Shown: positions 1 through 8,818, numbered from the stretch's first letter. The stretch: DNA of 31,121 nt from a virus (IMGVR_UViG_3300030376_001126:1-31121); one strand, 5' to 3'. Numbers and translations are program-made. Notes: generated by a model from the sequence alone, not told the origin.

Positions 1-1
1 T

Positions 2-190
2 AGCACTAAGTACAGTTTTTTTACAACACACTCTACATACATACAAAATGATGGTAACTATAGAACAAGTTTTGGAAGTTTTGTTTATGATGTAGCAACA
101 ACAGTAGATGGTATAAGTATCATAATGTCTAATGGTAGCAACATAGCAGATGGGGAATACTCTTTATATGGCATAAAGGAATACTCATAA
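2..190 (+). CDS. 5'-truncated tail-associated protein, paralogue of the next two genes
   Basis: Open frame from position 2 (STKYSFFTTHS...NIADGEYSLYGIKEYS*). Stop TAA 188-190 overlaps ATG 190. C-terminus SLYGIK resembles TVYGVK and TLYALKK of the two downstream ORFs. Confidence 0.75.
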   Translation, partial: STKYSFFTTHSTYIQNDGNYRTSFGSFVYDVATTVDGISIIMSNGSNIADGEYSLYGIKEYS

Positions 191-729
191 TGGCTACTAA
201 TTTAGAATTTATAAAATCTGTTGTTCCAACTGAAACTGCATCACTTTCAATAGATGAAATATTTACAGATAAATATGATGTATATTGTATTGTTTTAAGA
301 GGATTGCAAGGCATTAACACAACAGCAGCTAGGTATAAGTTTAGATTTATAGATAATTCTGGATCAGTAATTAGTGCTAGTGAGTATGATTATGCTTCTT
401 TAGATATGAGGGCAGGTACTTCTTTTTCTGAAAGAAAAGGTACTAATTCAGCAGATATGGATGTTTATTGGGTTACAGATGGTGAAGCAGGAGCAGAAGG
501 TAATGCAATATTGTATGTGTATAATCCAAATGATTCTAGTAGTTACACTTTTATTCAAGGACAAAGTTCAAGCTATTCTAATGAAACAAATGGACAAGGT
601 ATAAAATTTATTGGTGTTCATAAATCAACAGAAACAATTAGAGGTTTTAATATGGTTGAATTTTCAAATAATGCAAGTTTTGCTTTAAAAGCAGGTGTTG
701 GAGCAGTAACAGTATATGGAGTTAAATAA
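190..729 (+). CDS. Putative tail-fibre/tail-tip-associated beta-rich protein (paralogue 2)
   Basis: 179 aa. Shares YDVY.+VLR, YDYA...RA.TSFS, N.N.SS.Y+F with 729..1256. Sits in the tail module. Confidence 0.65.
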   Translation: MATNLEFIKSVVPTETASLSIDEIFTDKYDVYCIVLRGLQGINTTAARYKFRFIDNSGSVISASEYDYASLDMRAGTSFSERKGTNSADMDVYWVTDGEAGAEGNAILYVYNPNDSSSYTFIQGQSSSYSNETNGQGIKFIGVHKSTETIRGFNMVEFSNNASFALKAGVGAVTVYGVK

Positions 730-1256
730 TGGCAGGTAGCTTAATAAAAATAGATGAGGAAATAGTTTCAGGTGCAGTAAGTTCTGTATCCTTAGTTGGA
801 ATTGATAGCACTTATGATGTGTATAAAGTTGTGTTAAGAGATATTCAAGGAGACACAGATATACAAAGTTTAAAGGTTAGGGTAACTGCTAGTGGAACTG
901 CACAATCTACTTCTAATTATGATTATGCAAAAAAAACATTAAGAGCTAATACAAGTTTTTCAAATAATAGTGCTACTAATCAAACTGAAGTTTTTGTAAA
1001 TACACAGTTAGCTATGGGAACAGGAACAGAGGAAACATTACAGGGTGTTCAATACTTGTTTAACTTTAATAATTCAAGTGAATATAGTTTTGCTACTGAT
1101 GAGCTTGTTTTTAGAAGTTATGATAGTGGTAGCTTAATGGGTGGACAAGGTGGTTGGGTTTATACAGTTGCAGAAGCACACAATGGAGTAAATTATTTTA
1201 TGTCAAGTGGAAACATAGCTAGTGGAACATTTACATTATATGCTTTAAAGAAGTAA
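729..1256 (+). CDS. Putative tail-fibre/tail-tip-associated beta-rich protein (paralogue 3)
   Basis: 175 aa, TAATG-coupled, clear paralogue of 190..729. Confidence 0.65.
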   Translation: MAGSLIKIDEEIVSGAVSSVSLVGIDSTYDVYKVVLRDIQGDTDIQSLKVRVTASGTAQSTSNYDYAKKTLRANTSFSNNSATNQTEVFVNTQLAMGTGTEETLQGVQYLFNFNNSSEYSFATDELVFRSYDSGSLMGGQGGWVYTVAEAHNGVNYFMSSGNIASGTFTLYALKK

Positions 1257-1288
1257 GTATAAGAAATATATAGTAAGATAGGAGAACT

Positions 1289-1609
1289 ATGGCAATAAAA
1301 ACAATAGAACAATTTAGAACTGAAGCTACTTCAGAGATCGAATCTGCAAAACCTTTGTATGCTCAAGTTAATAATGAAAGACGAGAGTTTACAGACGCAG
1401 AATACGACCAAGCAATTGAAGATTTGGCACAATCTAAATTAAATGAACAAGATAATGGCTACGCAAGGGCTAGACAAGAAAACTACCCTGCTTTAGGTGA
1501 GCAACTTGATCTTCTATACCATGACATGACTGCAGGTAAAGGCGACAAGACTGGTGAATGGTATAAGGCCGTCAAAGCAGTTAAAGACGCAAACCCAAAA
1601 CCTAGTTAA
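1289..1609 (+). CDS. Tail-fibre-associated/chaperone-like protein
   Basis: AGGAG RBS. Motif YARARQENYPALGEQLDLLYHD...W..AVKAVK..NPKP is typical of small proteins following tail fibres in marine phages. Confidence 0.6.
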   Translation: MAIKTIEQFRTEATSEIESAKPLYAQVNNERREFTDAEYDQAIEDLAQSKLNEQDNGYARARQENYPALGEQLDLLYHDMTAGKGDKTGEWYKAVKAVKDANPKPS

Positions 1610-2196
1610 TGAAAATTAACTTAATAAGAACTCAATTTGGTAATGACGCCACCAATGGTCTTTTATTTATAGATGAGGTATTCGAATGTTTTACCTTAGA
1701 AGACCAATACCAAGATAAAAAAGTTTATGGTGAAACTTGTATTCCAGAGGGTACATACCCAGTAGAATTTCGCAAAGAAGGTGGTTTCCATAATCGATAT
1801 AGTGCAAAATATAATTTTCACAAAGGCATGCTTGAGATCAAAGACATACCAAACTTTAAATGGGTGCTTTTTCATCTAGGTAATACCGATGAAAACACCG
1901 CAGGTTGCGTTTTGGTTGGCGACACACAACAAGACTTAGATGTATCAAAGGACGGATTTATTGGCTCATCTGGTAATGCATATAAGAAGTTTTATCCAAA
2001 AGTAGCAACTGCATTAGAAAATGGCGAATCAGTATCTTTAATTGTGTCCAAAATAAATCTAAGTAACTTGACTAAGATTTCTAATAAAACTGGTAGTGAA
2101 TATGTTAACGCAAAGATGATCGACGATAAAATATCAGAGATTAAAGGCGAGCTTAAGATACTTAGTGCTAAAATGGACGGTATAAACTTTCAGTAA
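1609..2196 (+). CDS. DUF5675-like (L,D-transpeptidase-like fold) protein, candidate endolysin
   Basis: Motifs T.G.L, FTLED, TCIPEGTY, LFHLGNTDENTAGCVLVG (His...Cys dyad). Lies just upstream of the holin. Confidence 0.8.
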   Translation: MKINLIRTQFGNDATNGLLFIDEVFECFTLEDQYQDKKVYGETCIPEGTYPVEFRKEGGFHNRYSAKYNFHKGMLEIKDIPNFKWVLFHLGNTDENTAGCVLVGDTQQDLDVSKDGFIGSSGNAYKKFYPKVATALENGESVSLIVSKINLSNLTKISNKTGSEYVNAKMIDDKISEIKGELKILSAKMDGINFQ

Positions 2197-2211
2197 GATT
2201 TGGAGGTAGGC

Positions 2212-2334
2212 ATGGTAATAGATTGCCCTACTTGTAAAAAACCACTGATAGCAAATGAAATGATTTGGAAATGTCTAAATCATAAATGCACCCAATACAA
2301 AAAACGCCAATTTGGAAAACAAGAAGAGGAATAA
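2212..2334 (+). CDS. 40-aa Zn-ribbon microprotein (not in ORF track)
   Basis: GGAGG RBS at 2202-2206. MVIDCPTCKKPLIANEMIWKCLNHKCTQYKKRQFGKQEEE*. Stop overlaps the holin ATG (TAATG). Confidence 0.75.
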   Translation: MVIDCPTCKKPLIANEMIWKCLNHKCTQYKKRQFGKQEEE

Positions 2335-2537
2335 TGTTTAATAAAGATTGGCTTATGAAAGTCGGTATAAGAACTCTTAGAACATTTATACAAGCATTTT
2401 TAGGTGTACTAGTTGCTAGTGGAACTGGAATGGTTGAGGTTGATGTTTTACAGAACGCATTTGTAGCAGGACTAGTGGCAGGTGTAACCGCGATTCAAAA
2501 CGGCTTAGAAGAATGGACACCAACTAACAAAGGTTAG
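2334..2537 (+). CDS. Holin, r1t-like family
   Basis: True start 2334 (TAATG coupling, GAGGA upstream). W....IRTLRTFIQAFLG motif and two hydrophobic segments. Confidence 0.75.
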   Translation: MFNKDWLMKVGIRTLRTFIQAFLGVLVASGTGMVEVDVLQNAFVAGLVAGVTAIQNGLEEWTPTNKG

Positions 2538-4645
2538 TGGACAACTTAAAAAAGTTGTTGCATATCATAATTGTTTGCATATTGGCGGTGCCTTATGTTG
2601 CATTTGCTAATGAAAACAATACAACCACAACAACTACAACCACTACAACAACAACTACTATTTTAGAGGGTGAAGTAGAACAAGTAGAAACTTTTGACGG
2701 TACAACAACCACAACTATTGTAGAAGAAGAAACAACTACATCTAGTAGTACAACAACCACAACTACCACATCTAGTACTACTACAACCACGATCCCAGAA
2801 ACATGGGAACAAAGTACAGATATTGTTATTCCTGAAGATCAATTAGATTTAAACGGTAATGAAACTGAAAACAATATAGATATAAACAATGACTGGACAG
2901 GTCAATATGGTTGTACTGATTACTGTATAAATTTAGAATTTATGCAACATGGTGGTGATTCAAATACTTATGAATTTGATTTACCAAATACAACAATTAT
3001 TGATGAAGAAGAATTAGAAATTGAAATATATGAGGTTGGCTTTATTATTGGTGCATTAAATAATGAATCTTCTGTTACCTATACACATACTGATGAAACA
3101 ACACAAACAAACACTATTGAGGCACAACAATTTGTGACTGCTGAGACAATGTATGAAACCATTGTTTACAACATTAGAGAAACATTGGACACCTTTATTG
3201 ATAAATTTACCTTAACCTTAAATGATTGGACATTAGTTGATGATATAAGTTTTAAATATATTGAGCCAACAACAACCACCACAACTACAACTACTACATT
3301 ACCACCACCACCACCTCCGCCCCCGCCACCACCACCAGAGCCAGAAAAATTTGTTGTTGTTTTGGATAATGGTGAAGAGGCAGAATACCAAGAACATGAA
3401 TTAGAAGACGGAACAATAGAAAGAGATAATGAAAGAAAAAAGAATCTTGAATTGTATGGGGTAGAATTAACTGATGAACAAGTAGCAAGAGGTGATTTAG
3501 AGCTATATGGAATTGAAGAAGAAGAATACGATACCGAAGAAGAGTTTTTTGATGATGATGATTTGGTACTTGAATTGGACAATGAAGATGAAACTGAAGA
3601 ATTCATTGAGCTTACTGAAGAAGAGATACTTGAACTTGAAAAACAAATGGAATTGGACGCAAAAGCACTTGAAATGGAAGAACAACTTGAAATATTGGAG
3701 TTTGATTCTAAAGAAGAGGCTGAAGAATACATTGAGGTTGTTTTAGAAGTTGAAGAATTTTTAGAAGATTTAGAAGAAATTGAAATAGAAATTATTGAAA
3801 TAGAGCAAATTACAGATATAAAAATAATAATTATTGAAGATGAGGAGATTTTAGATGAAGAAATTATTACAGATGATACAACTAATGATAGATCAATGGA
3901 AGTGGAAGATGTTTTTGAAGATCGAAAAGATGAACTGGGAAGAGACACGACAGGAACTATTGAACTTTCTGAAGAAGAATTAGTAAAAGAGATAGAAGAA
4001 CTAGAAGAGGTAATTGTAATTGAAGAAATATTTACTGAAGAGATACCAGTAGAAGAACTAGAACAATTATCAGAAGAAGAAATATTAGAATATGAAGAGG
4101 CAAAAGAAGAGGCAATTGAGCAATATGTTGAAGAACTTGAAACCGAAGAGGTTATCGAAGTATTGGAAGAAGTTAATGACATTGGACTTAATAATATTGC
4201 AGAAGTTAGCGAAGATGTTATTGAAGTGGTAGCACAGGTAATTGAAGAAGTAATTACCATAGCACAAGAAGAAGAATTAACTGAAGAACAGGTAGAGGTT
4301 GTTGCAGAAGTTTTAGGGTTTGAAGAAACTGAAGATGTTGAGGTTATTGCAGAGGCAGTTAAGACTGATGAAAATGTTGCACAAGCTGTTGATGAATTTG
4401 TAGAAAGAGCAGTAGAAAATAAAGATGTTGAAAATTACACATTGGCAGACGCAACAACAGAAATAGCATTTGAAACTTTTGTAGCAGACCCTATCGGTGT
4501 TATTATTGATGTAGATTTAGAGAATATTACTCTAAACAACATAACAAGCGATATGACACAAGACCAAAAAGAAAAAGCGCAAGAAGTCATAGTACCTACA
4601 TTATTGGTAAAAATTGCGTCATTGGCTTTTAGGAGGTTTAATTGA
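2537..4645 (+). CDS. Large secreted/surface acidic protein with Thr-rich and Pro-rich linkers
   Basis: GTG start overlapping the holin stop. N-terminal signal peptide (KKLLHIIIVCILAVPYVAFA), poly-Thr tracts, poly-Pro, Glu/Ile-rich helical region, hydrophobic C-terminus ending RRFN. Confidence 0.8.
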   Translation: MDNLKKLLHIIIVCILAVPYVAFANENNTTTTTTTTTTTTTILEGEVEQVETFDGTTTTTIVEEETTTSSSTTTTTTTSSTTTTTIPETWEQSTDIVIPEDQLDLNGNETENNIDINNDWTGQYGCTDYCINLEFMQHGGDSNTYEFDLPNTTIIDEEELEIEIYEVGFIIGALNNESSVTYTHTDETTQTNTIEAQQFVTAETMYETIVYNIRETLDTFIDKFTLTLNDWTLVDDISFKYIEPTTTTTTTTTTLPPPPPPPPPPPPEPEKFVVVLDNGEEAEYQEHELEDGTIERDNERKKNLELYGVELTDEQVARGDLELYGIEEEEYDTEEEFFDDDDLVLELDNEDETEEFIELTEEEILELEKQMELDAKALEMEEQLEILEFDSKEEAEEYIEVVLEVEEFLEDLEEIEIEIIEIEQITDIKIIIIEDEEILDEEIITDDTTNDRSMEVEDVFEDRKDELGRDTTGTIELSEEELVKEIEELEEVIVIEEIFTEEIPVEELEQLSEEEILEYEEAKEEAIEQYVEELETEEVIEVLEEVNDIGLNNIAEVSEDVIEVVAQVIEEVITIAQEEELTEEQVEVVAEVLGFEETEDVEVIAEAVKTDENVAQAVDEFVERAVENKDVENYTLADATTEIAFETFVADPIGVIIDVDLENITLNNITSDMTQDQKEKAQEVIVPTLLVKIASLAFRRFN
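2621..2791 (+). repeat. ACN low-complexity (poly-Thr) tracts with an internal ~30-bp near-duplication (acatctagta...acaaccac)
   Basis: Directly visible codon repeats inside the 702-aa ORF. Confidence 0.85.
3269..3337 (+). repeat. Poly-Thr followed by poly-Pro codon tract
   Basis: ACA/ACC/ACT run then CCA/CCG run. Confidence 0.85.
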
Positions 4646-4824
4646 TAGATAAATTGTGGAAATGGCTTGTAGAGGCAGTCAAAGAAACATTAAATTTAAG
4701 TTGGACATTGGTCGGGTTGATCATTGCAACACTTACATTAACTGGACAGGCACAACAGGTAACTGCTATTGCTACTGTAATTACATTGGCGATTTGGCTT
4801 TTAACAATAGGATTTAGAAAATAA
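4642..4824 (+). CDS. Small two-TM membrane protein
   Basis: AGGAGG RBS, TTG start, two hydrophobic helices (WTLVGLIIATLTLTG; AIATVITLAIWLLTI). Confidence 0.75.
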   Translation: MIDKLWKWLVEAVKETLNLSWTLVGLIIATLTLTGQAQQVTAIATVITLAIWLLTIGFRK

Positions 4825-4907
4825 TGTGTATGGTTACAGAGAAAGAGGACGGCTCTTTTACTCAAATATGTAACTGTAAACATGGAAGTGAGCATTGCAA
4901 TGGCTGA
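4824..4907 (+). CDS. 27-aa Cys/His-rich microprotein (not in ORF track)
   Basis: TAATG-coupled. MCMVTEKEDGSFTQICNCKHGSEHCNG* fills the gap exactly and overlaps the next start at 4900. Confidence 0.55.
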   Translation: MCMVTEKEDGSFTQICNCKHGSEHCNG

Positions 4908-5082
4908 TAATGGTTATACGCAGAAAGAGATGATTAATAAGGTAATGTTAGATATAGATAAACTTTTTGAAAAACTCGATCAGATACAAAAAGATTTAGC
5001 AACAAGACCAACAAGACAAGAAATTTATGGTTGGATTATTGCAGGTATATCTATTGCTACTTTAATTACTGTTTTAATGTAA
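4900..5082 (+). CDS. Coiled-coil protein with C-terminal TM helix (lysis-cassette membrane protein)
   Basis: MADNGYTQKEM...IDKLFEKLDQIQKDL...WIIAGISIATLITVLM. Start 4900 preferred over 4882. Confidence 0.7.
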   Translation: MADNGYTQKEMINKVMLDIDKLFEKLDQIQKDLATRPTRQEIYGWIIAGISIATLITVLM

Positions 5083-5118
5083 AAAGCTAGATGTATTTAG
5101 AGATATACACCTAGCTTT
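5083..5118. terminator. Intrinsic terminator-like hairpin ending the late/lysis operon
   Basis: aaagctagatgtat ... atacacctagcttt, 14-bp stem with one mismatch, flanked by A and T runs. Confidence 0.65.
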
Positions 5119-5241
5119 AAACTTTATGGATATTTATAATTTATATTCTCTTATTTATATATTAAATAGACCCTAAGACAAAATTAATTCTAAATTGGCA
5201 ATATTGTCTTATTTTCTACTAATATAAACTTAGATTAAATT

Positions 5242-5481
5242 ATGCAAGAAGCATTTGAAGAATTTTTAAAAAATAATCCAGATTTATTGGAATCGTCACG
5301 CAAACCCTATTTTAAGAAAGACCCCGAAAGAGAAAAGCAGTTTAATGTTGCCTTAAAAAAATATAATGAGGGCTACCCTAGAAAAGTAATTATTAAATGG
5401 CTTAAGGTTTCATGTGGTTGGTCTTTGGCTGAAAAAACAATATCGGACTATTTAGGTGAATATGGCGAAAAAACAGAGTGA
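5242..5481 (+). CDS. Hypothetical protein, possibly small HTH-like
   Basis: 79-aa ORF overlapping the phosphoesterase start. Confidence 0.6.
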   Translation: MQEAFEEFLKNNPDLLESSRKPYFKKDPEREKQFNVALKKYNEGYPRKVIIKWLKVSCGWSLAEKTISDYLGEYGEKTE

Positions 5482-6544
5482 TTCTTTTGATGAATTTGCG
5501 GTAGAAGACTACCAAAAAATAATAGATGAAAACGACGATTTAAAGGCCACAAATAGACGAATTTTAAAGTCATTGGAAAAGGCTAAGCAAAAGAAAATAG
5601 ACCTCGTAAACGCCGTTTATACGGCTGTTAAGGACAATTTAGGCCTATTAGAGATACCTAAGGTAAAACCACCACCAAAAGATACAAGAAAAGCAAAAGA
5701 AGAAGTTGCTATTGCATTATTTAGTGATATTCAATTAGCCAAGGTTACACCAGATTACAATTCAGAGATTGCAGAACAAAGAGTCTTATATTATGCAGAC
5801 AAGATTATAGAGATTGCAAGAATACAAAGAAAAAGCCACCCAGTAAAAAAGGTATGTGTATTTGCCTTAGGTGATATTGTAGAGGGTGAATTAATATTTC
5901 CAGGGCAAGAACATCTGATCGATTCTTCCTTATATAGACAGGTTACAATCGATGGACCAAGAATCATGATTGGTTTTTTGAATAAATTATTAGCTGAATT
6001 TGAAGAAGTTGATTGTCATTTTGTTATTGGTAATCATGGTGCGTTAGGTGGTAAAAGTAGGCGGTCTTATGATCCCGAAACCAACGCAGATAGAATGCTT
6101 TACAAGATTGTAGAAATGGCCTATGAAGATAATAAAAGAATTAATTTTAATGTACCAGAGGGCGAAGGTGAAAGAAATTGGTATACAGTTGCAGATTTAG
6201 GTGAAAGATGTAAATTTTTCTTATTTCATGGCGACCAAGTAAGAGGTTTTGGTGGTTTTCCATGGTATGGCTTTGGTAAAAAGATATTAGGTTGGAAAGC
6301 TCTTGCAAGTGCAGGACTCATGGAAGATTTTAATTATGCATGTGCAGGTCATTATCACACGCCGAATACACAATATATTAATGATGTAAGGCTTTGGATA
6401 AACGGATCAACTGAATCTTATAATACATTTGCACAAGAACAGTTAGCCTCTATGGGTAGGCCATGTCAGTATCTTTTATTTGCCAAAAAAGGCCTTGGTG
6501 TTACAAGTGAATATTTGATTAATTTAGAGTTGGAAAAGTCTTAA
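5462..6544 (+). CDS. Calcineurin-like metallophosphoesterase with N-terminal coiled coil
   Basis: Motifs SDIQ, LGDIVEG, GNHG, FHGD, GHYH. Confidence 0.85.
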   Translation: MAKKQSDSFDEFAVEDYQKIIDENDDLKATNRRILKSLEKAKQKKIDLVNAVYTAVKDNLGLLEIPKVKPPPKDTRKAKEEVAIALFSDIQLAKVTPDYNSEIAEQRVLYYADKIIEIARIQRKSHPVKKVCVFALGDIVEGELIFPGQEHLIDSSLYRQVTIDGPRIMIGFLNKLLAEFEEVDCHFVIGNHGALGGKSRRSYDPETNADRMLYKIVEMAYEDNKRINFNVPEGEGERNWYTVADLGERCKFFLFHGDQVRGFGGFPWYGFGKKILGWKALASAGLMEDFNYACAGHYHTPNTQYINDVRLWINGSTESYNTFAQEQLASMGRPCQYLLFAKKGLGVTSEYLINLELEKS

Positions 6545-6573
6545 TATTAGATTAAAATGTAAATAGGTAATAT

Positions 6574-6714
6574 ATGGCTAAAAAATTAGTTGGTATTGAA
6601 AATGACGGCATTAAGGCTAAGGCTATCTACAATGACGACGGTAAATATTCATCAGTCGATTTAAAGGTAGGCATTACAACCCTTGATGAATTAGTCAAAG
6701 AAAAAGTTAGTTAG
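6574..6714 (+). CDS. 46-aa hypothetical protein (not in ORF track)
   Basis: AGGT RBS. MAKKLVGIENDGIKAKAIYNDDGKYSSVDLKVGITTLDELVKEKVS*. Confidence 0.65.
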   Translation: MAKKLVGIENDGIKAKAIYNDDGKYSSVDLKVGITTLDELVKEKVS

Positions 6715-6722
6715 TAGGTTAT

Positions 6723-7139
6723 TTGTTAGCTGAAGTTTTATTAGCTTGTAGTTTGTTGACCCCTACAACACAAGAGATTACACCTCAACAATTAATGTCT
6801 TATGTAAATTGTAAAAATAGAAACGAGATCATTATTGCTATGGAAGAATATATACCTTTATTTAGCCAATATTTTAAAGAAGAAGATTTAGAAACTGCAT
6901 TACGCATATCTTGGTGTGAATCAAGAGGCAAACCAAATGCAGTTGGTGTAAATAAAGACGGGTCAAAAGATGTAGGTTTGTGGCAATTCAATGACAATAC
7001 ATGGGCATGGTTAAAACCAAAACTTAAAATTACTAGTGATCGAACTGATACAAAAGTCTCAACTGCAGTCGCCTCATGGCTTTTCTATAATGACGGTTCA
7101 CATCATTGGAAACCAAGTAAATTTTGTTGGAAATACTAA
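6723..7139 (+). CDS. Lytic transglycosylase (SLT/lysozyme-like) with short N-terminal hydrophobic segment
   Basis: CESRG (catalytic Glu), GLWQF and terminal HW motifs. N-terminus LAEVLLACS. Confidence 0.85.
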   Translation: MLAEVLLACSLLTPTTQEITPQQLMSYVNCKNRNEIIIAMEEYIPLFSQYFKEEDLETALRISWCESRGKPNAVGVNKDGSKDVGLWQFNDNTWAWLKPKLKITSDRTDTKVSTAVASWLFYNDGSHHWKPSKFCWKY

Positions 7140-7143
7140 ACCT

Positions 7144-7186
7144 ATTTTAATCTTAGATTTGACAAGCATATAGCACCTGTTATTCT
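7144..7186 (+). promoter_or_regulatory. Promoter with palindromic box AATCTTAGATT abutting -35; probably leaderless
   Basis: Palindrome 7149-7159, TTGACA 7159-7164, extended -10 TGtTATTCT 7178-7186. GTG start lies 6 nt after the -10 with no RBS. Confidence 0.75.
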
Positions 7187-7192
7187 ACTTAT

Positions 7193-7594
7193 GTGAACAA
7201 CAAAAAACATACACTAAAACTTAAAGGGTCTGCCATAGACCTAACAGGATCGGGCGAAGAATACGCTATATCTTTAATTGCAGAACGAGAAAATAAATAT
7301 TATGACGATATACAAAAAGAATTTAACTCAATAAATCAAACATATAAAAAGGCTGGTAAAGGTTATACAATTACTTATCAGATTCAAACTCTAAGAGATT
7401 GTGAATTATTAGATGAATTCTTAAGTGGTAACTTAGGTTGGCAAGAAACACAAAACATGTTTGGTGAAGATTTAGCTAACAGACCAATGGAAAAATACCT
7501 TGATGATAAATTGGCAGAATTAAGAATCATAGAGAAAGAAATAAAAGATCAAGAAGACAACAACTGGTTTATAGATACAGAAAAGGTGTCATAA
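7193..7594 (+). CDS. Hypothetical early protein
   Basis: 133-aa ORF directly after the promoter. Confidence 0.7.
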   Translation: MNNKKHTLKLKGSAIDLTGSGEEYAISLIAERENKYYDDIQKEFNSINQTYKKAGKGYTITYQIQTLRDCELLDEFLSGNLGWQETQNMFGEDLANRPMEKYLDDKLAELRIIEKEIKDQEDNNWFIDTEKVS

Positions 7595-7619
7595 TAAAAG
7601 AATAGAGAAAGGACAAATT

Positions 7620-7823
7620 ATGGAAGAAACAATTAATGATTTACTTGAAAAATCAGAGAAGATATTTCAAGAAATAAATAAATTAAAAAAGACTATTGAT
7701 ATATCTGAACTATACGAAGATGACCCAGTATATCAAAAGTATGTAACACTAGATATAGCCAGTGACCACATTTGGGACGGTTACACTTATCTTGAACTAT
7801 TTAAAAAACAAATTAAGGGGTAA
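7620..7823 (+). CDS. Hypothetical early protein
   Basis: 67 aa with TAGAGAAAGGACA RBS. Confidence 0.7.
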   Translation: MEETINDLLEKSEKIFQEINKLKKTIDISELYEDDPVYQKYVTLDIASDHIWDGYTYLELFKKQIKG

Positions 7824-7825
7824 TT

Positions 7826-8071
7826 ATGATTTTAAAAGTTACAAGGGCTCAGCCATTTGTAAATCCATTTAGAGATTTTAAAGGCGAGGTTTATAAAAGA
7901 CTAATAGATAATAAACTGGTTTGTAGCAAAGAATCTGAACAGATTAGAAAATATGTGTATGAGTTTATTCAAAAAGGCTTTCCGATAGACCGAATGTCTT
8001 GTGATTGTGGTAAATATCAAAGAAAACATTACGCATATTATTATGAGTGGGCATTAGAATATCGCCCATAA
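7826..8071 (+). CDS. Hypothetical protein
   Basis: 81 aa, AAGGGG RBS, followed by a terminator. Confidence 0.6.
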   Translation: MILKVTRAQPFVNPFRDFKGEVYKRLIDNKLVCSKESEQIRKYVYEFIQKGFPIDRMSCDCGKYQRKHYAYYYEWALEYRP

Positions 8072-8097
8072 AAATGGTCTATTGCTAGACCATTTTT
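8070..8097. terminator. Intrinsic terminator (potentially bidirectional)
   Basis: Perfect inverted repeat aaaaatggtcta-ttgc-tagaccattttt. Confidence 0.85.
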
Positions 8098-8173
8098 GAT
8101 AACAGGGCGAAAACGAACGTTTCATTAAACATTTTAGCACAATATAGGGTACAATATTTGTAAAAAGGCATAT

Positions 8174-8818
8174 ATGAATATTGAAACCATTGAGGTAGGT
8201 AAGTTAAAACCACACCCACGAAATTACAAAGAACACCCAGAGCAACAGCTAGAACACATAATTAAATCAATAGAAGAACACGGCTTTTACAGAAACATTG
8301 TAATTGCAAAAGATAATACAATTTTGGCGGGTCATGGCGTAGTACAAGCTAGTAAATTAATGGGTAAACAAAAAGTACCTGTAATAAGATTAGATATAAA
8401 TTCAGATTCGACACAAGCATTAAAAGTTTTAACTTCAGATAACGAGATTGGCAATTTAGCCATGGTAGATGATAGACAATTAAGTGAGGTTTTAAAAGAT
8501 ATATTAGATGAAGAACTTGATTTAACTGGTACTGGTTTCAATGAAGATCAATTAAGTGCATTAATTTATACAACAAGAAATGCAGATGAAATACAAACAA
8601 TAGATGAGGCAAATGAGTGGGTTGGTATTGCTGATTATGAAAACAAACCCGATTCGATCAAAGTTATGGTGCATTTCGATACAGAAGAAGATAGAGAAAA
8701 CTTTATGCAACTGCTTGATAATCCGCATGTTAATTACAAAATGGGCAAGACATGGAAGATTTGGTACCCGGAAAGAGGTAACGAAGATCCTAGTTCAATA
8801 AGATTTGAACATGGATAA
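8174..8818 (+). CDS. ParB/Sulfiredoxin N-terminal domain protein with a C-terminal domain resembling partners of phage glycosyltransferases
   Basis: LKPHPRNY, SIEEHGF, ILAGHG, DN motifs. C-terminal EW.G...Y...I.V.VHF.TEEDR..F..L...TWKIWYP. Confidence 0.8.
   Translation: MNIETIEVGKLKPHPRNYKEHPEQQLEHIIKSIEEHGFYRNIVIAKDNTILAGHGVVQASKLMGKQKVPVIRLDINSDSTQALKVLTSDNEIGNLAMVDDRQLSEVLKDILDEELDLTGTGFNEDQLSALIYTTRNADEIQTIDEANEWVGIADYENKPDSIKVMVHFDTEEDRENFMQLLDNPHVNYKMGKTWKIWYPERGNEDPSSIRFEHG

Noticed and set aside
2-1256. Diversity-generating retroelement target/template repeats
   Set aside because: No reverse transcriptase and no near-identical adenine-variable repeat pair. The paralogues are diverged throughout.
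2621-2791. Repeats resembling a CRISPR array or VNTR
   Set aside because: Degenerate Thr codon runs within a CDS, with no constant repeat/spacer periodicity.
3166-4260. 364-aa Ser-rich minus-strand ORF (also 2593..2790 and others nearby)
   Set aside because: Antisense shadow of the Glu/Thr/Pro-rich 702-aa gene (GAA reads TTC/TCT on the other strand). No RBS or promoter.
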